From: Chrysomallon squamiferum
Taxonomy: Eukaryota > Animalia > Mollusca
Reading direction: 5' to 3'
Length of the DNA: 64,000 nucleotides
NCBI GenBank assembly: GCA_012295275.1
Contig: CM022679.1
Coordinates: 25,854,001-25,918,000, forward strand
Shown here piece after piece: positions 38,328 through 53,318 of the stretch. A program made the position numbers and the translations under genes. How positions within the stretch are numbered: the stretch's first letter is position 1; the number at the start of each line of letters is the position of its first letter. Under the pieces are notes generated by a model. The model ran no database searches. It was not told where the DNA came from and saw only the letters and a program-made list of their open reading frames with translations.

Positions 38328-39026
38328 GTAAGTTATGGATTTTTGAATATTGAATAAGTGGTTAGAGATTTGGTCATCTCTTTGCGAGATAACAGAAAGA
38401 CTGAAGTGACAGCACCAAGCATAACACTCAGACTGATAAAGACTTCGGAGGATTCCTGGCTGACATCATCTTCCTGTTCCCTCAAATAAATAAAATTAAA
38501 ATCTTAACCACAATTTAATTATCAGGTTCAAGGTATTAAATATATACTATTATGCATACAATCTCAAGTTATCTGCACTATTTCCATCCCTTAGTTCGAG
38601 TTTGAGTTGATCATTTGATGTTGCAATTTGCAGGTGTCTGTATGATGTATCATGTATGAAAATTCATATAATTCTTAATTGTTAATAACTTAATACGGAT
38701 AATGAAAACAGGAAAATGTAAACGCAATGATTTTTTGAATACTGTCATATTTAATGAAGTGATTATCAGTTTCAGTGTTTTCTTACAATTAATCACAATA
38801 AATTAAGTATAGTTAATTTATGTTCTTTGGTTTATTTAAAACAATGCTAACATCATAATGATGATAATGTAAATAAAAGAAAACAAATCTATCCATTTAT
38901 TTTCAGTTTTGTAGTTTATATATTTTAATGAAACTGTATAGAAAACTTTCTGTAATTAACATTATTATAAATATTAATACCAATATATGCATTTGAATAA
39001 AACCATTTTTAAAATGTAGAAAAACA

Positions 39027-39159
<133 letters not shown>

Positions 39160-40502
39160 TACACACATACATGTCTACACTGTTAACAGTTAGATATGTT
39201 GATGATAAGGAGCAAGAAAAAGAAAACAGATTAAATATATACTAGAACTTACTAGCTTGAATAAGTAAATTGCAAAGAGGGTGTGAATTTACCAAATTAT
39301 ATTCCATATAGGTAGGCTGGTCTATTTGCCAATATTTCACCCTATCAATATTGTATCCCATCTTATTGTTAGCAACAGTCCATTGTATACGTGATGCAGT
39401 CTTCATAAGAAAACAAAAATCACTTAGTTGATTGGTGTGAAAATTACCCATTATTAATTGTATTTTTGTCAAAAAATAATCTCACTCTGACTCCTACCTT
39501 GTTTGCTACATTTATATTGCATGGCATTATACAGGTATTTATTTTGCATATCATCAATATATAAATGTCTTCTAAATGATTACATTCATTTCCTACTTAA
39601 AATTAAATAAGTTATAGTTGTATCTTTTTTATAAATATACTTTCTCTATTTTGTATTCAATACGTAAAGTCCAGTTTTTAGACTTTCTGTATATAATTTA
39701 ATACTTTATTAGTTACATGGTTAATCGTTTATTGTGTTTATATAATTTATACTGATAGAGAGTAATGGAGTTGAAGTGATTAGATACAATATTTTTTGAA
39801 ATCACATCTGGTTGAAGTCTGTTGCTATGTGCAAATAAGAGCTATACTTATAGCTGGATATCATTACTCTTTTATTAGGAGGCATTATTTAATAATTGTA
39901 AATTAATTCCTTGATGAAATTTTGAACATGAAATTTTGATCAAGGCCAACAGATATTTGTTTGTCAAAACGTATTTACATTATTTGTTCTTATTACCAGT
40001 TAATAAAAATAATACATACAAATAATTGCTTAAATACCAGTAGAATTGTTAATATTGTTTGAAATTAAAAATAGTGTGATCTTATAAATGTTTATTGTAT
40101 TGGGTCTTTTTATCAGAGAAATATTTAGTTTCATGTTAATAGTAGAAACATGAGTCTTAAATGAGTTATGAACATTTTTCTTTCATCATTATTGTTTTTG
40201 AATTATGATGATTTATTTTCTATACTAACACAAAAATGGGTTTATTTTATTTATTAGTAACTACAAATTATATCATGATATTATAATTACTCTGTAGACA
40301 ATTTTAATATATTTTAAATAGATAGTAATAAAAATACAGCAGTAAATCATACATGATGCTAACATTTTTAATACTTCCATATAAATGTAATTATATTTAT
40401 TTGTCAAAAAGAAATTATTTGATATGTAACTGTGTTTTATTTTTTTTTTTTTTTTAACTAATTAATCAAAATACGTTGTTTTTACAGGTTTTTCTGAACT
40501 GA

Positions 40503-40685
<183 letters not shown>

Positions 40686-40751
40686 TAAGTAACTATCCAT
40701 GTGTCTGTCTGTGTGTGTGTGTATGTGTGTCTGTGTGTGTGTGTGTGTGTG

Positions 40752-40790
<39 letters not shown>

Positions 40791-41725
40791 CTAAGTATTG
40801 TTTTATTTGTTTTTAGCCGCCCATTAGTTTTAATTAATAACAACAAAAACTTAACTGTTTAAATTTATCTGGGGCCAGCCATTTTTCTGTAATTGTGATA
40901 AGACTGTTCACAGGGTGGACTGATTTGCTCTAAAGTTTCTTCTGGTGTTTTCAGAATAAATAAAACCATCTATGTCATGCTTCTAGTCAAAAGTGGTAGA
41001 ATGGGGGAGTTCAGACTTTTTATTTTACTGTATGTTTTAGTTATATTAATAATGATAGGCTGCCTAAAACAATAAAATAATAACTCAGAACAATGGAAGC
41101 ATAAACACTTTCATTAGAGTATTTTCAAATTTTTTAAAATAATCATAATAATAGTTTTCTAAATGTAATTATTTTCATTAATCTTATGTAGGGACAAATT
41201 CAAATTAACCTTCTGATGTAGCATTTAAAACTCAGTTTATGAGTTGATGAAGGTGACATGAATATAATTACTATACAAGAAAGACCACACAAATACTGTG
41301 TATTGCAGTTTACTGTTAGAAAAAGATGTAGGTGGAGAAGCCTAATCTACTGTATGTTGCATGAAATTTTTGTTTTGTTGTTAATTCAGATTCTTTGTGA
41401 AATGCTTATAAAGAAAGAAATGTTATAAAGAAATGATATAAATGAATATTGATTTTTGAGACGATACTGGATTACTGTTAGTAGACATTTAATATCTACA
41501 CCCACACCTGCTCCATGCAAGGTTAGAATGTCAGTAAGTTAACAGCTTTTTGTGGTATACTGTAACAGTTTTTACTAAGAGGATGTTGAACCAAAATTTC
41601 AAAGGATTACTCTTAATAGGTCCACTAATGTTTGGTTAATTACGAAAGAGGTGGTATAGATCTCACTTCACTTCTTCCTATCAGAACTGTTTAAGATAAG
41701 TCAGACACTAGAAGCAGTAGAAATT

Positions 41726-41900
41726 TTATTAAAACCTTTTATTTTTTTAACAGCTTGGGACAAAAAAGTATTTTACTGTGAATTTTTGTAGGAAAATTAT
41801 ATTTTATCAAAACAGTCACGTATATTAAAACCTTTTATTATTTAAACAGCTTGGGACCAAAAAGTATTTTGTTATGAATTTGTATAAGAAAATTATTTTC
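41726..41900. repeat. Short (~96-bp) diverged tandem duplication
   Basis: tattaaaacctttt...aacagcttgggac.aaaaagtatttt occurs twice. Confidence 0.8.
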
Positions 41901-44900
41901 AGGTAAAAATATAATATGTTTTTATTATTCTACATTAATTTTATAAAGTCAAAATATAATGATAAATCCCAATAAAGTGGTTGGAAGCACTTTAATAGAT
42001 GAATAAAGGATTGCTGCATCAGTCATTTTCAGTGTGTCAGAATATACTGGGATGTCTTGAGATTGACTGGAACAAATAACAATACTGTATTAATTATCAC
42101 ATAATTAACATTAAATAAAATTTGTTATAACATGCTCATTATAACTGTATTTTACAGCTTCATTGCCTGAACGATCTATTATTTTAAATCTTGCTTGTTA
42201 TTAACAGATCCATTCATCTATCAGTCTAATAAAGAATCAGCCTACTATTATACACTTGTACTCTTTCATGCATCTACCTGCCAACTGAATGGCACACATT
42301 TTTTTTTACATAGTTAAATGATTTAAAGAAAGAATAATCTTTCATTTCAGTTCTGACTTTTTCCATGTTCAGAACTGTTACATGATTCTTTTTATCTGAT
42401 AATAACAGTAGATAAATAATTGATATTGTTATGTTAGTGTTTGCTAGATTCAGTGAATGAATGTACTTACAATAATTACAGATACTGAAGTGAGACATAA
42501 ACATTTTTGTATAATGATGACTTAAAGGAGAAAATCTGCTTGACATTAATTAGCAATAGGAGCTCTTTTGTATGGACCTTCTCGTAGACAGGAATTCATA
42601 CACAGTCCTTTGATAAAACACCAGAAGAGCACTAGCTAGAATAGTGCTTCTTGAACTATTTCTGAATCATCCACTTTTGAATCGTTATTACAGTTTATAT
42701 AATTTATTTTACTTTAATAATAAAATAACACATTAACCTATTATTAAGTGTTTATTTTTAACTGCTTAAATGGCAGTGTCTTTATTTAGATAGATAGATA
42801 TATAGACAGACAGACAGATACACATGTTAGTTGCCAAATCAGATTTTGCATAATCAGCTATTAATTACAATATTTATTTGTAATTCTAAATGGGTTTTAT
42901 TGGCAACAAAATATGGTAGGTTCATTAATAAATTAATACAAGGGAATAGTGTATTCCATTCCTTTGTAGTAACTTAGGATTTCTTGAAATAATTTGTTTT
43001 AGTAACAATACTAAACTTGTTTAAGTATTGTCAGTGAAAATTAATGTAGACATAAATAACATCTTAAATTGTTTTTGGGTTAGATAGAGTAAGGTATTAT
43101 AAAGAAAATAATTCTATTTTAAATGAGCATAAAATAAATATATCTATTAATATAAGTTTTTGTCCTTTTTTTCACAACAATTTGCATGACTCTCTACTGT
43201 TTTTTTGATGCAATGTAAATATTTTACTGAAATACTGATCAATAATTGATTCACATGTTTACTTTTCTTTGATATGAAATAGCTGAAGTAGTTTTATAGC
43301 TGTATGGTTTTAAATTATTCATTCCTTCATTCTATTATTATTCATTTGTCTAGGAATCCATTTAAATTACCTTTAAATCCTTTATTTAACAATAAATAAT
43401 TAAACTGAAGATGCTGTCAATATTATCACATATATATTAATTAATAAGAGTAATCAGTAACATTTAATTTAACAGGCTAATTTATGCACATGATTGAAAG
43501 AATTGTCAATTTTTATTTTTAAATTCAGTTTTTCTTCTTCTTTTTTTTCACTATTATATAATTGTTATTATTATATTTTTACACTTTTTTTTTTTTTTTT
43601 TTATTTGCCACATGCTGGAAAGTCCTGTACAGTTATTTATAGATATTGGTCATATGTAAAGTGTTTTGCTGAATGCAGCAGAATTTTGTTTATGTTATAA
43701 AATAGTTTCCTGACTGCAGTTTATCATTGTTGAAAGACTCATTATTATTTATAGACATTGCTCACAAGTAAAATATTTTGTTTTGACATTTTTTGAAATA
43801 ACTATGTGTTTGCTATATTTTTCTGTTTATATTCTGCTGACAATTTTTATTTAAAATAGATATTACCTGTTAGTAAAGATTCTTGTTTAGTTGTTTTTCA
43901 CTGGTTATAAAGAAAATAAAAATAGAAATGAACTATAACTTTATATATTTGCTTAATTTTTTTGTTTCAGAAAATCCATTCATTAAAAATAAAAATAAAA
44001 ATGTGTATAATTATTAATTAAAAATTTAATCAAATAAATTTAATAAAAATATATTAAAAACAAAACTAAAAAATATAAAATATTAAGATAAAACCAGTGC
44101 AAGGGAAGTAATGAAAAAAAAATTTTTTAGTCTAGTAAGAACATATTACTTTGGATGAACACAACTTGATAATTTAGAAGTAAAAATAAATTCCACAGAG
44201 CAATAATCCCATAAATACGTCATTCATTTTGAGCTTCTCTGCAGACTAAGTTAGTACAAATTGTCCAAACACAAGACTGACTGACTGGCTGACACATTCA
44301 AAGAAGCGTTCTGGGATGTAATTTTCCAGACTGAACAGCAGTTGGATTGAGACATGGCCTCAGAATATCTACTGTTCTTGTTTCTGAATTGCCATCCCAC
44401 ACTTCTTGTTCCTTCAACTAAACAAGTCTGGGCCAGGCAGTGGTTTAAGAACCGTGTTCAAACAGAGTGTATCGGCTCTGAATCAATAGCTCGACACTTT
44501 AAGCACACTTTTCCAGCAGCAATGCGTGCATGGGTTTACCCAGAGGCACACATCGGCATAGGCGGCATCAATCAATAATGTCAAATCACCATCAAAGAAC
44601 AGAGTGATCGGGTGGGCCTGCTAAACACTGTATGGATTCTTCAGCACATCGACTAGTTTCCCCAAACTCGTTTACTAAGATTTTCATTGACACGCCGCAG
44701 ATTATCGCTTGAGTTTGTTATTAATATGTGTTTGCATTGTAGGAAATTAATTTCTCCTGAGAATTTTTCCTTCTGGTGTGAAACACGAATCTGTGTGTAA
44801 CTAAGTTTAGTTTCTCACTCCCTAGTAAAAATGGATCTTGTTTGTGACGTGGTTTTTCTGTCATTTTTCCTGTTTATTATGTTATTGTATTATAGTGTTT

Positions 44901-45542
44901 TCTTATCATCAGCTTCATCATCATTATGATCATGTTCAATAAATAATGATCATTATATACTGTTATTAACTGACATTCAAGTAATTAATTACAACCAAAA
45001 AAAAAAAAGAAGAAGAAAAAAAAGATAATTAAATCATTAACGTTTATAATATTTAGCAACAATGTGATTTAGTATACCAGTTACACTTTATTTATTATTT
45101 ATTTATTTTATTTTTTCCATTAGTTAAATTTTCTTTTAATGTTAACTTGAAATTGTATAATCAACAGGAAGTTAAGTAGTCAGTCTAACTGTGCATAAGC
45201 ACATGTGTATCTGTGTGTATATATATGTTTGGATGTGTATGTGTGTGTGTGGAGCTTTCATTAAACTAAGAAATTCTCTTACATAATATTATTATCAGTA
45301 AAAAAAATGTCTTGGATTGACTAGGTTTTTGAACTTTCAGTGAACATATTTCAAACTTTTATCTGCTGTATAGTCTTTGCAGAGTGATAAGAAAATCACT
45401 AGTGTTAAATTCAGGTTCATAAAAATTGCACTTCAAAACAAAGATTAAAAACAAAAAATAAAAAAAATAATATATATAATGAACAGCCTATAAAATAAAT
45501 AATAAGAGAAATAAAAAAGTAAAAAAAAATCAACCTTGCACA

Positions 45543-45587
<45 letters not shown>

Positions 45588-46657
45588 AACATTTTTTTTT
45601 TTTTTATCCATAATGTATATTCCACTAGTGAACTGCAGTAAAATACCACATTTTTTTTATTTATTTCTTTTTTGTTTTTCACTTCATTATTCAGAGCATT
45701 TATTTTTTTTTAAATACTTTTTTTCCCTTTTTTAATATTGATTTATCATTGCTATTTAAAGTAATTTACTTTACTTCATGATCCTATTGATTGTTTATTT
45801 ACAGTTTTGTCATGATATCAACACATATCCTTAAAACATGACATTTGATTGATTGTTGCCTGATGTAGTTATTTTAATAGGTTTTCTGGTGAGAAATAAG
45901 GCTGTCAATCATAATATATTACTATCAGTATCAGTATTTTTGGATAGAAAATGTTCCATTTTGCAAACTGCAGATACGTTCTATTTATGTGGTATTGAAA
46001 ATCATTTTCAAGACATTTTATTCATCATTAGTCATTTTAAACTAATAATTATCATTGTGTATGAATAATTGATTTTTGTGTAATAAACAAAATAATAATT
46101 GCTGAGTAACTAATTTTTTATTATATTTATTTGTTTTTAAATATTTTTACGATCAGTAACATCAAAATGATTCTGGATGCATAAGCATTACGGAGACAAT
46201 CAGATTAAATGAAAGAATAAATAATAAAAATAGAAAAAGAAATAATTTTACAGTGATCAAAAAATAAAAATAAAAATAAAAACAACAAAAAAGAAAAGAC
46301 AATCAGATTAAAGAAAAAAAAATAAAAGAAGAATTTTACAATGATTAAAAAAATAAAAAAAGTAACAAAAAAGAAAAGAAAAAAGTTATCTTCATAGGCA
46401 TACACAGGAAATTAAGGTTAAAAAAGAAAAACAAAAAGAAATAATTTGTGTAACAAACAAACAACCAAACAAACAAATAAATTAATAAATAAAAAGAAAA
46501 TAATAACAAATGTAAATATACACCCAAAGAAAAGAAAAACAAAAAAGCCACAGACACATATTTCTAAATTATTGATGCAGCCTTTATCTTGAATGTCCTA
46601 ATCAATTACTTTTACTGTGTTAACTTACTAACACAAAAGATGCACAGCTTGTATTGA

Positions 46658-46834
<177 letters not shown>

Positions 46835-47324
46835 TAATTATTCATTTTGTAAATTTAAAGTATACTCGTTTATTTTTTTTTTACCTTTCAGTCATGTGAT
46901 TTTTTAAGAAAGTGTTGTATCTTAGTGGTAAAAGAGTGCTCGCTGAGGAAGTAATAGGTTGCTTGTTTGAATCTCTTCATTTTTGCCCAATCCAAACTGT
47001 GCTCTTTGATTTGTGTATCAAAAGCCATGTGAGGCTTTTTTTCTTTTCTTCTTTTTTTTTTTTTTGGCAGCTGCCTACACAGAAACTGTCTTTATTATTG
47101 ATTGATAAAGTAACCCATATTTTGGTTCTAGCTGGTTAGCTAACTGATTTTAGTCTCTAAGAAGTGCAAGAATAGAATCTAATGACCATTAATGTTAGGT
47201 AACTATTAAGTGTGTCGGGTTTCCATTCATTTATTCATTTGTTTATTAATTGATCGTTCAGTTTCTGGAATAAAAATATAATTGTCATGCAGATTTGCTT
47301 TGCTATAGCAATAACAATAACAAT

Positions 47325-47438
47325 AACAATAACAGCAACAACAACATCAACATCAGTGTCAGCATCAACTTCAACAACGCAACAAGAACAACAATAATAA
47401 CAACAAGTCTTGATCATTACTATCTTCATTGTCATCAT

Positions 47439-47473
<35 letters not shown>

Positions 47474-48067
47474 TAATAATAATAATTATTGTTATTATTA
47501 TTTTTATTATTTTTATTATTATTATTATTATTATTCATAATAATATCAGTTCTTCAGTGTGAATTTTGTGTTTAAATGTACATCCATTAATAACATAATA
47601 TTCATGTGAACTGTGCATCACCTGGATGAAACCGAAACACAAACAAACTCTGACACTGAACAGTGGCATGTGTTCATCAACTAAAATGGCATATATGATC
47701 ACAGGAGAACTTTAATCCTTCGCAGCATTATGATCGATAAATAATTCCCACATTCTGTTACACTGATTCCTGTAAATGTCAGCTTTGTTGTAGAATGCCA
47801 CTTAGCAAAGCATCATCATTGTCACAGGGGAGATATAAGGTCACAGTAAAGATGTTCTGATGATCTAATATTTTGCTGATGATGTTTAAAGTGAACTGGT
47901 TTTGGTTTAAGTATCTTTTCTTTTCTTTTTTTTATTATTTAAAATTGTTATCGAACAATAACAGCAACAACAACATCAACATCAGTGTCAGCATCAACTT
48001 CAACAACGCAACAAGAACAACAATAATAACAACAAGTCTTGATCATTACTATCTTCATTGTCATCAT

Positions 48068-48098
<31 letters not shown>

Positions 48099-48578
48099 TA
48101 ATAATAATTATTGTTATTATTATTTTTATTATTTTTATTATTATTATTATTATTATTCATAATAATATCAGTTCTTCAGTGTGAATTTTGTGTTTAAATG
48201 TACATCCATTAATAACATAATATTCATGTGAACTGTGCATCACCTGGATGAAACCGAAACACAAACAAACTCTGACACTGAACAGTGGCATGTGTTCATC
48301 AACTAAAATGGCATATATGATCACAGGAGAACTTTAATCCTTCGCAGCATTATGATCGATAAATAATTCCCACATTCTGTTACACTGATTCCTGTAAATG
48401 TCAGCTTTGTTGTAGAATGCCACTTAGCAAAGCATCATCATTGTCACAGGGGAGATATAAGGTCACAGTAAAGATGTTCTGATGATCTAATATTTTGCTG
48501 ATGATGTTTAAAGTGAACTGGTTTTGGTTTAAGTATCTTTTCTTTTCTTTTTTTTTTTTTATTTAAAATTGTTATCGA
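47325..48578. repeat. Near-identical ~625-bp tandem duplication in a JNK intron
   Basis: ~47325-47954 is repeated at ~47955-48578; the visible differences are mainly microsatellite and homopolymer lengths. Confidence 0.95.
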
Positions 48579-51500
48579 ATAAAAAAAATTGCTCAGTGGG
48601 TGCAAATTTAAATATGTAGTTTTGAAAGGATTATTTTAGTTAATCAAGCTCTTAACATGTTTTGAATTTGTGGTTGATTATGTCATAGTTACTTGGCATT
48701 ATTCATGTCATTAAGGAAGGACCCCACACAGATTATGACAAATGTGAGATAAGAAACTCATTAGTGCCATGTTAATGACTGTTGTATTTCAGACAGCAGT
48801 AAAAGATCTTTTATATGAACCTTCCTGTAGTCAGTAAAACACATTCCAGGGCCTTGAATATACTGGTTTTAGACAGTAGCAGAATAGCACATGACACAGA
48901 TGTTTTACCATTGGGATAAGTCAGTGATATATCAAGGACCATGTAGTGTTCTGTGATATTCTATATGTAGTTGTATCAAGATTTAAAATGTTTAATTGTT
49001 TAAATGTCGTTTTTACCCAGTTCAAATTAATTTTAATATTATTTTCTTGTTGTGCAGATTCACATTAGAAGAGAATATTCTAGAACAAATTTTCCTAATT
49101 AAATGAGACAGATTATTTATACTTTAACATTTATACCACATATAGATTTGCTTCTGGTAAAGCATTGGGATTCTGTAACCAAAAAATCATGCAGCCATAT
49201 TTGATGAACTATACGTTACGACAGAAGTTCTTATTTAGATTCTCTGTGATAACTTATTTTCCTTTTTCCCATCTTATAATTGCCATTCCAATTCAGTGAT
49301 GGTTATGTCCATTTTCAGAAAGATACATATCTTGTTAGTTTCTGTGAACCTCATTGACATGATCTGTTGGAATAGATTTCACAGGATGCTGTCATGTTAC
49401 ATTTCTTTATTTGTATAAAAACACCAAAAATACATATAAAAAAAAAATTTAAATGATAAACTTGATCTCACCAAAAGAAAGAAAAAAAAGACAGAAAACA
49501 AACAAAGAGAAATACAAAACAACAACAAAAACAAATAAACAAGAACAAACCAATTCTGATCACAGTGTATTTGTTGCTGTTCACATTTTAAAACAGGTCA
49601 TGAAATAAACTTCCCAAGCTATTTACCAGTCCTAGTTCACATTTATTTCATTTACTTGTCATTCTGTCAATTGGCAAAGAGATACAAAAGTTTTGCCCAA
49701 ATCTACTTACATGGATTGACCACAGACAACCGGTTTTGTTCAAGACGCATTCAGAGGGAAAGGTTTCCAAACCAAATTACAAGAAGAGTGGTTAGAATCC
49801 AGCTACAACATATTGATAGAAGAAGGAGAATTCTCTATAGAGCAAAGTACGAAATAATGAATGTTGCCTGAATCGGTCACAGAAAAAGAAATTAGAATGT
49901 GTACCATGTGAACAAAAATAGAATAATTTTTACTGGCCTTCCAGTTAAAATGGTCTTTTGATATAAATTGTAAAAATGTATGCAATTAAAAGAGTTGATA
50001 ATGTGACAGCAAAAAAATCATTTAATGAAAAATATGGTTGGACTTCATGGTAGTAATTAAACTGAAATTTCAATATTGTTTATTTATCTGTTTTAAATAT
50101 GTAAAGATTTTGATTAAGATTATTTTGACATATCAGTAATGATTTCTTAATGGATGCCTGTTCATGAATTGATGATTTATTCCTGATTCGTTTCATTCAT
50201 GAATCCAAGTACCCCTGAAATGGACAAACATTTAAGCATATTGTTTTTTTTAATTTATTAATTCTTTCCTTCCTTTCTTTCTTTCTTTCTTTCTTTCTTT
50301 ATTATTTTTTTAAATAAAAATATACTGATTAAGATCTTATTGACACATCAAAAAAAAAAAAAAATGAAAACAAAAAATTTAATTGAGATTGTGCTGTCAT
50401 TACATCTGATGATGACTGAACAGAAACATATTCATGAACAGCATGCTGGTTCATGACTGGGTGCATTCATGAATACAAATATCTTTGAATTGGACTTTTG
50501 TTTCTTGGTCATAGCCTCTTGTTTTGTGTATCGATCTCAGTTAATCAGACAGCCATCACTTTTCTTACCACGCTCCTCACTCTGTTTGCTTTGCAGTGAT
50601 AAATCACAATCCCTCACACCAGTAACTAATTTCCGTTTCTAATTTTCTCTTTATGTCACTTACCCAAATTTAGCATTTTCCCGACAGTTCCAAGCTCTGG
50701 TCTAAGTTTTAGGCTTTTTGATGGATAATCTTCTGGTGACCAATACTGATTGTGTAAAAATCACCCTGTCTGGCCTGATGACCTGTTCGTTTTGTATCAG
50801 ATATCAGTACTAGGTTGTTGTTATTTTTAAAAAGAGTATATATGTGCAAGTATATATATATAAAAAAAAAAAATATTTTCATCATGGTGAGCTTATCTAA
50901 ATATCAGTCTTATAAAATTAAAAAAATATATTAAACATTTTTTTCTTCTTTTTTTTTGCCTCTGATATCCTTGTTATTAAATTTTGAAGCATTACCAATC
51001 TGTAAAAAAATAATTATGTTTTATTAACTTTTGAATTACATCTTAGACCAATTTTATTTTCATTTTGGTGTGTTGTTAAACAAATGAATAAATAAATAAA
51101 TAGAACTGAAAAAAAAAAAATCTTTAAATTAATTATTTGAAATCATGTATCAGTTTATTTTTAATATATTTTTATTAGATTTTTAAAATATATAATAAAT
51201 GTTCTTTTATAATTAATTGGATATTAAAACTGAGCTTAAGCACACATAAATCTATTTTATATGTTTATTATTATATAATTATAAACACATTTCTTTGATA
51301 AATTATTTACCAGTTTTGAATTTAAGCCAAATTTGCATGTTTATTGAGATCCTTGTTGTGAAAAAAATAACAGATTTCCTTATACTATAATTACTGATTT
51401 TGAAATAAACTGCTCTTGGATTCCTTTGAGATGCTGAAAATAACACACCTGTTAGAGTTACATGATGAAACACTGTGAACCTTGCTCTGCATTCATGTTT

Positions 51501-52724
51501 TTAAAAAACGCTTACTTACGTAACCATTTTTTTTTTTTTACTTTTTGTTATACATTCCTGGCTTTCATAACAAAAAAATGACAGTGCATATTAAATTCCT
51601 TAGTATGAACATTATAACAAGTTTTCTCTCATGTTTAATTCACCCTGTTTATATAATAAACTAATAAAGTTATCCCAGGAAATACATTTTGTCTGTCTAC
51701 AGAACAAGCTGAGTAGAGAGTGCCAGTTTTGAATCAAGTGTTTGCCTCTTAACTACTTCAAGCTTGCCTTTCAGTTCAAATGGGCTTTTAACAAAAATTG
51801 GAAAAATCTATTCTTTAATTATAAAATGATTTGTTTACTTGATTACAGTTGTCCTTGTTAAGATTTTCAGTTTCTCAGCTTAATTTAGCCTGAGGTGGAA
51901 TGTATTTTACGGCTCTGTGCCTAAATAATTTCTACTGCAAGCAACTTCATAAATGCCCACTGAAACAGTCAGTGGATTTTATTGTAAAAAAAAACAACTG
52001 TAAAAGGTAAATAAATAAACCTAAACTTGTTGTAGCCCAACAAGGATATCAGTATTGAAGTAACAATTGCCCAAAACAGAATGTTGGACTGGTGATTTTT
52101 CCAAGTCTTGTTTTGATTCTGATAAAATAAATTATTCATGGTTAAAAAGTCTGCTACAATACATATTTTATAGTACGAATTGATGATGTTGTTGTAAAAT
52201 TAAATCACAGAATAGTGAAACAAACTCTAATTAACTTTTAATTATTTTTTTTTCAATTGGCCTTGAGCAAAAGACTACTCAGATCACAAGATACTGCCAG
52301 CAGAATGTTACCATTAAATTGTTAATGATTTGAAAATTAGCCATTTGATCACATTGGCTGCCAGAGTAATATTGTCACTAAACTGTTAATTATCATCAAA
52401 CAGCAAAAATTGCAATTAGTTTTTGTTGTCAGCAGGATGTAATACTTGAACTTGTTAATTATTTGAAAATTATTGGATTCCAAGGGTTCATCACTGCCAG
52501 AAGGGTCTTATATTTAAAATTAAACTGTTAATAGCAACAAAAATTTTAAACCATTGATTATGTTTGTTGCTTAATAAGATATTTCATTAAATGGTTTATT
52601 ATCTCAAAATTATTAATTAGAGAAACTATGAACATTGTCACTAATGTGTCATTACGATTAAACTGTTATTTCAAAATTAATGAAATAACTATTAATATTT
52701 GTACATGGTTAAATATTATTATTA

Positions 52725-52980
52725 TTATTTTTCAGAAGTTTATTATTATTTTATTGATAATCATTTCAGAAGTTTATTATTTAAATGATAATTATTTCAG
52801 AAGTTTATTATTAAATTGATAGTTATTTCAGAAGATTATTATTAAATTGATAATTATTTCAGAAGTTTATTATTATTAAATTTATAATTATGTCAGACAT
52901 TTATTTTTTATTAAATAGATCATTATTTCAGAAGTTTATTATTTATTAAATGGATAATTATTTCAGAAGTTTATTATTAT
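52725..52980. repeat. AT-rich minisatellite, ~30-34 bp unit
   Basis: About eight copies of ataattatttcagaagtttattattaaat. Confidence 0.9.
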
Positions 52981-53287
52981 TATTATTTTCTTAATTATCA
53001 AGCTAAGAAGATTTCACAATTTGTTTCAGTTTCTTGCTATGTTTTTATCATTTCATTACAGTCATAGCTTTTGTAAAATTATTATTTTATTATTTAAGAT
53101 AAAGAATCTAGAAAAATCAAAAACACAGATAATTTATAAATCAAGATTATCTGTTAGAATCTTGATCTTACAAATTGTTTTTTCCTTTACATCGGATTCT
53201 GTTATAATGCATTACAGACTGAAGCAGATGAACAGTTATTATGATCATCATTTGGCTTTTACTTCTAAATTTTTTGTGAATAATGTA

Positions 53288-53318
<31 letters not shown>

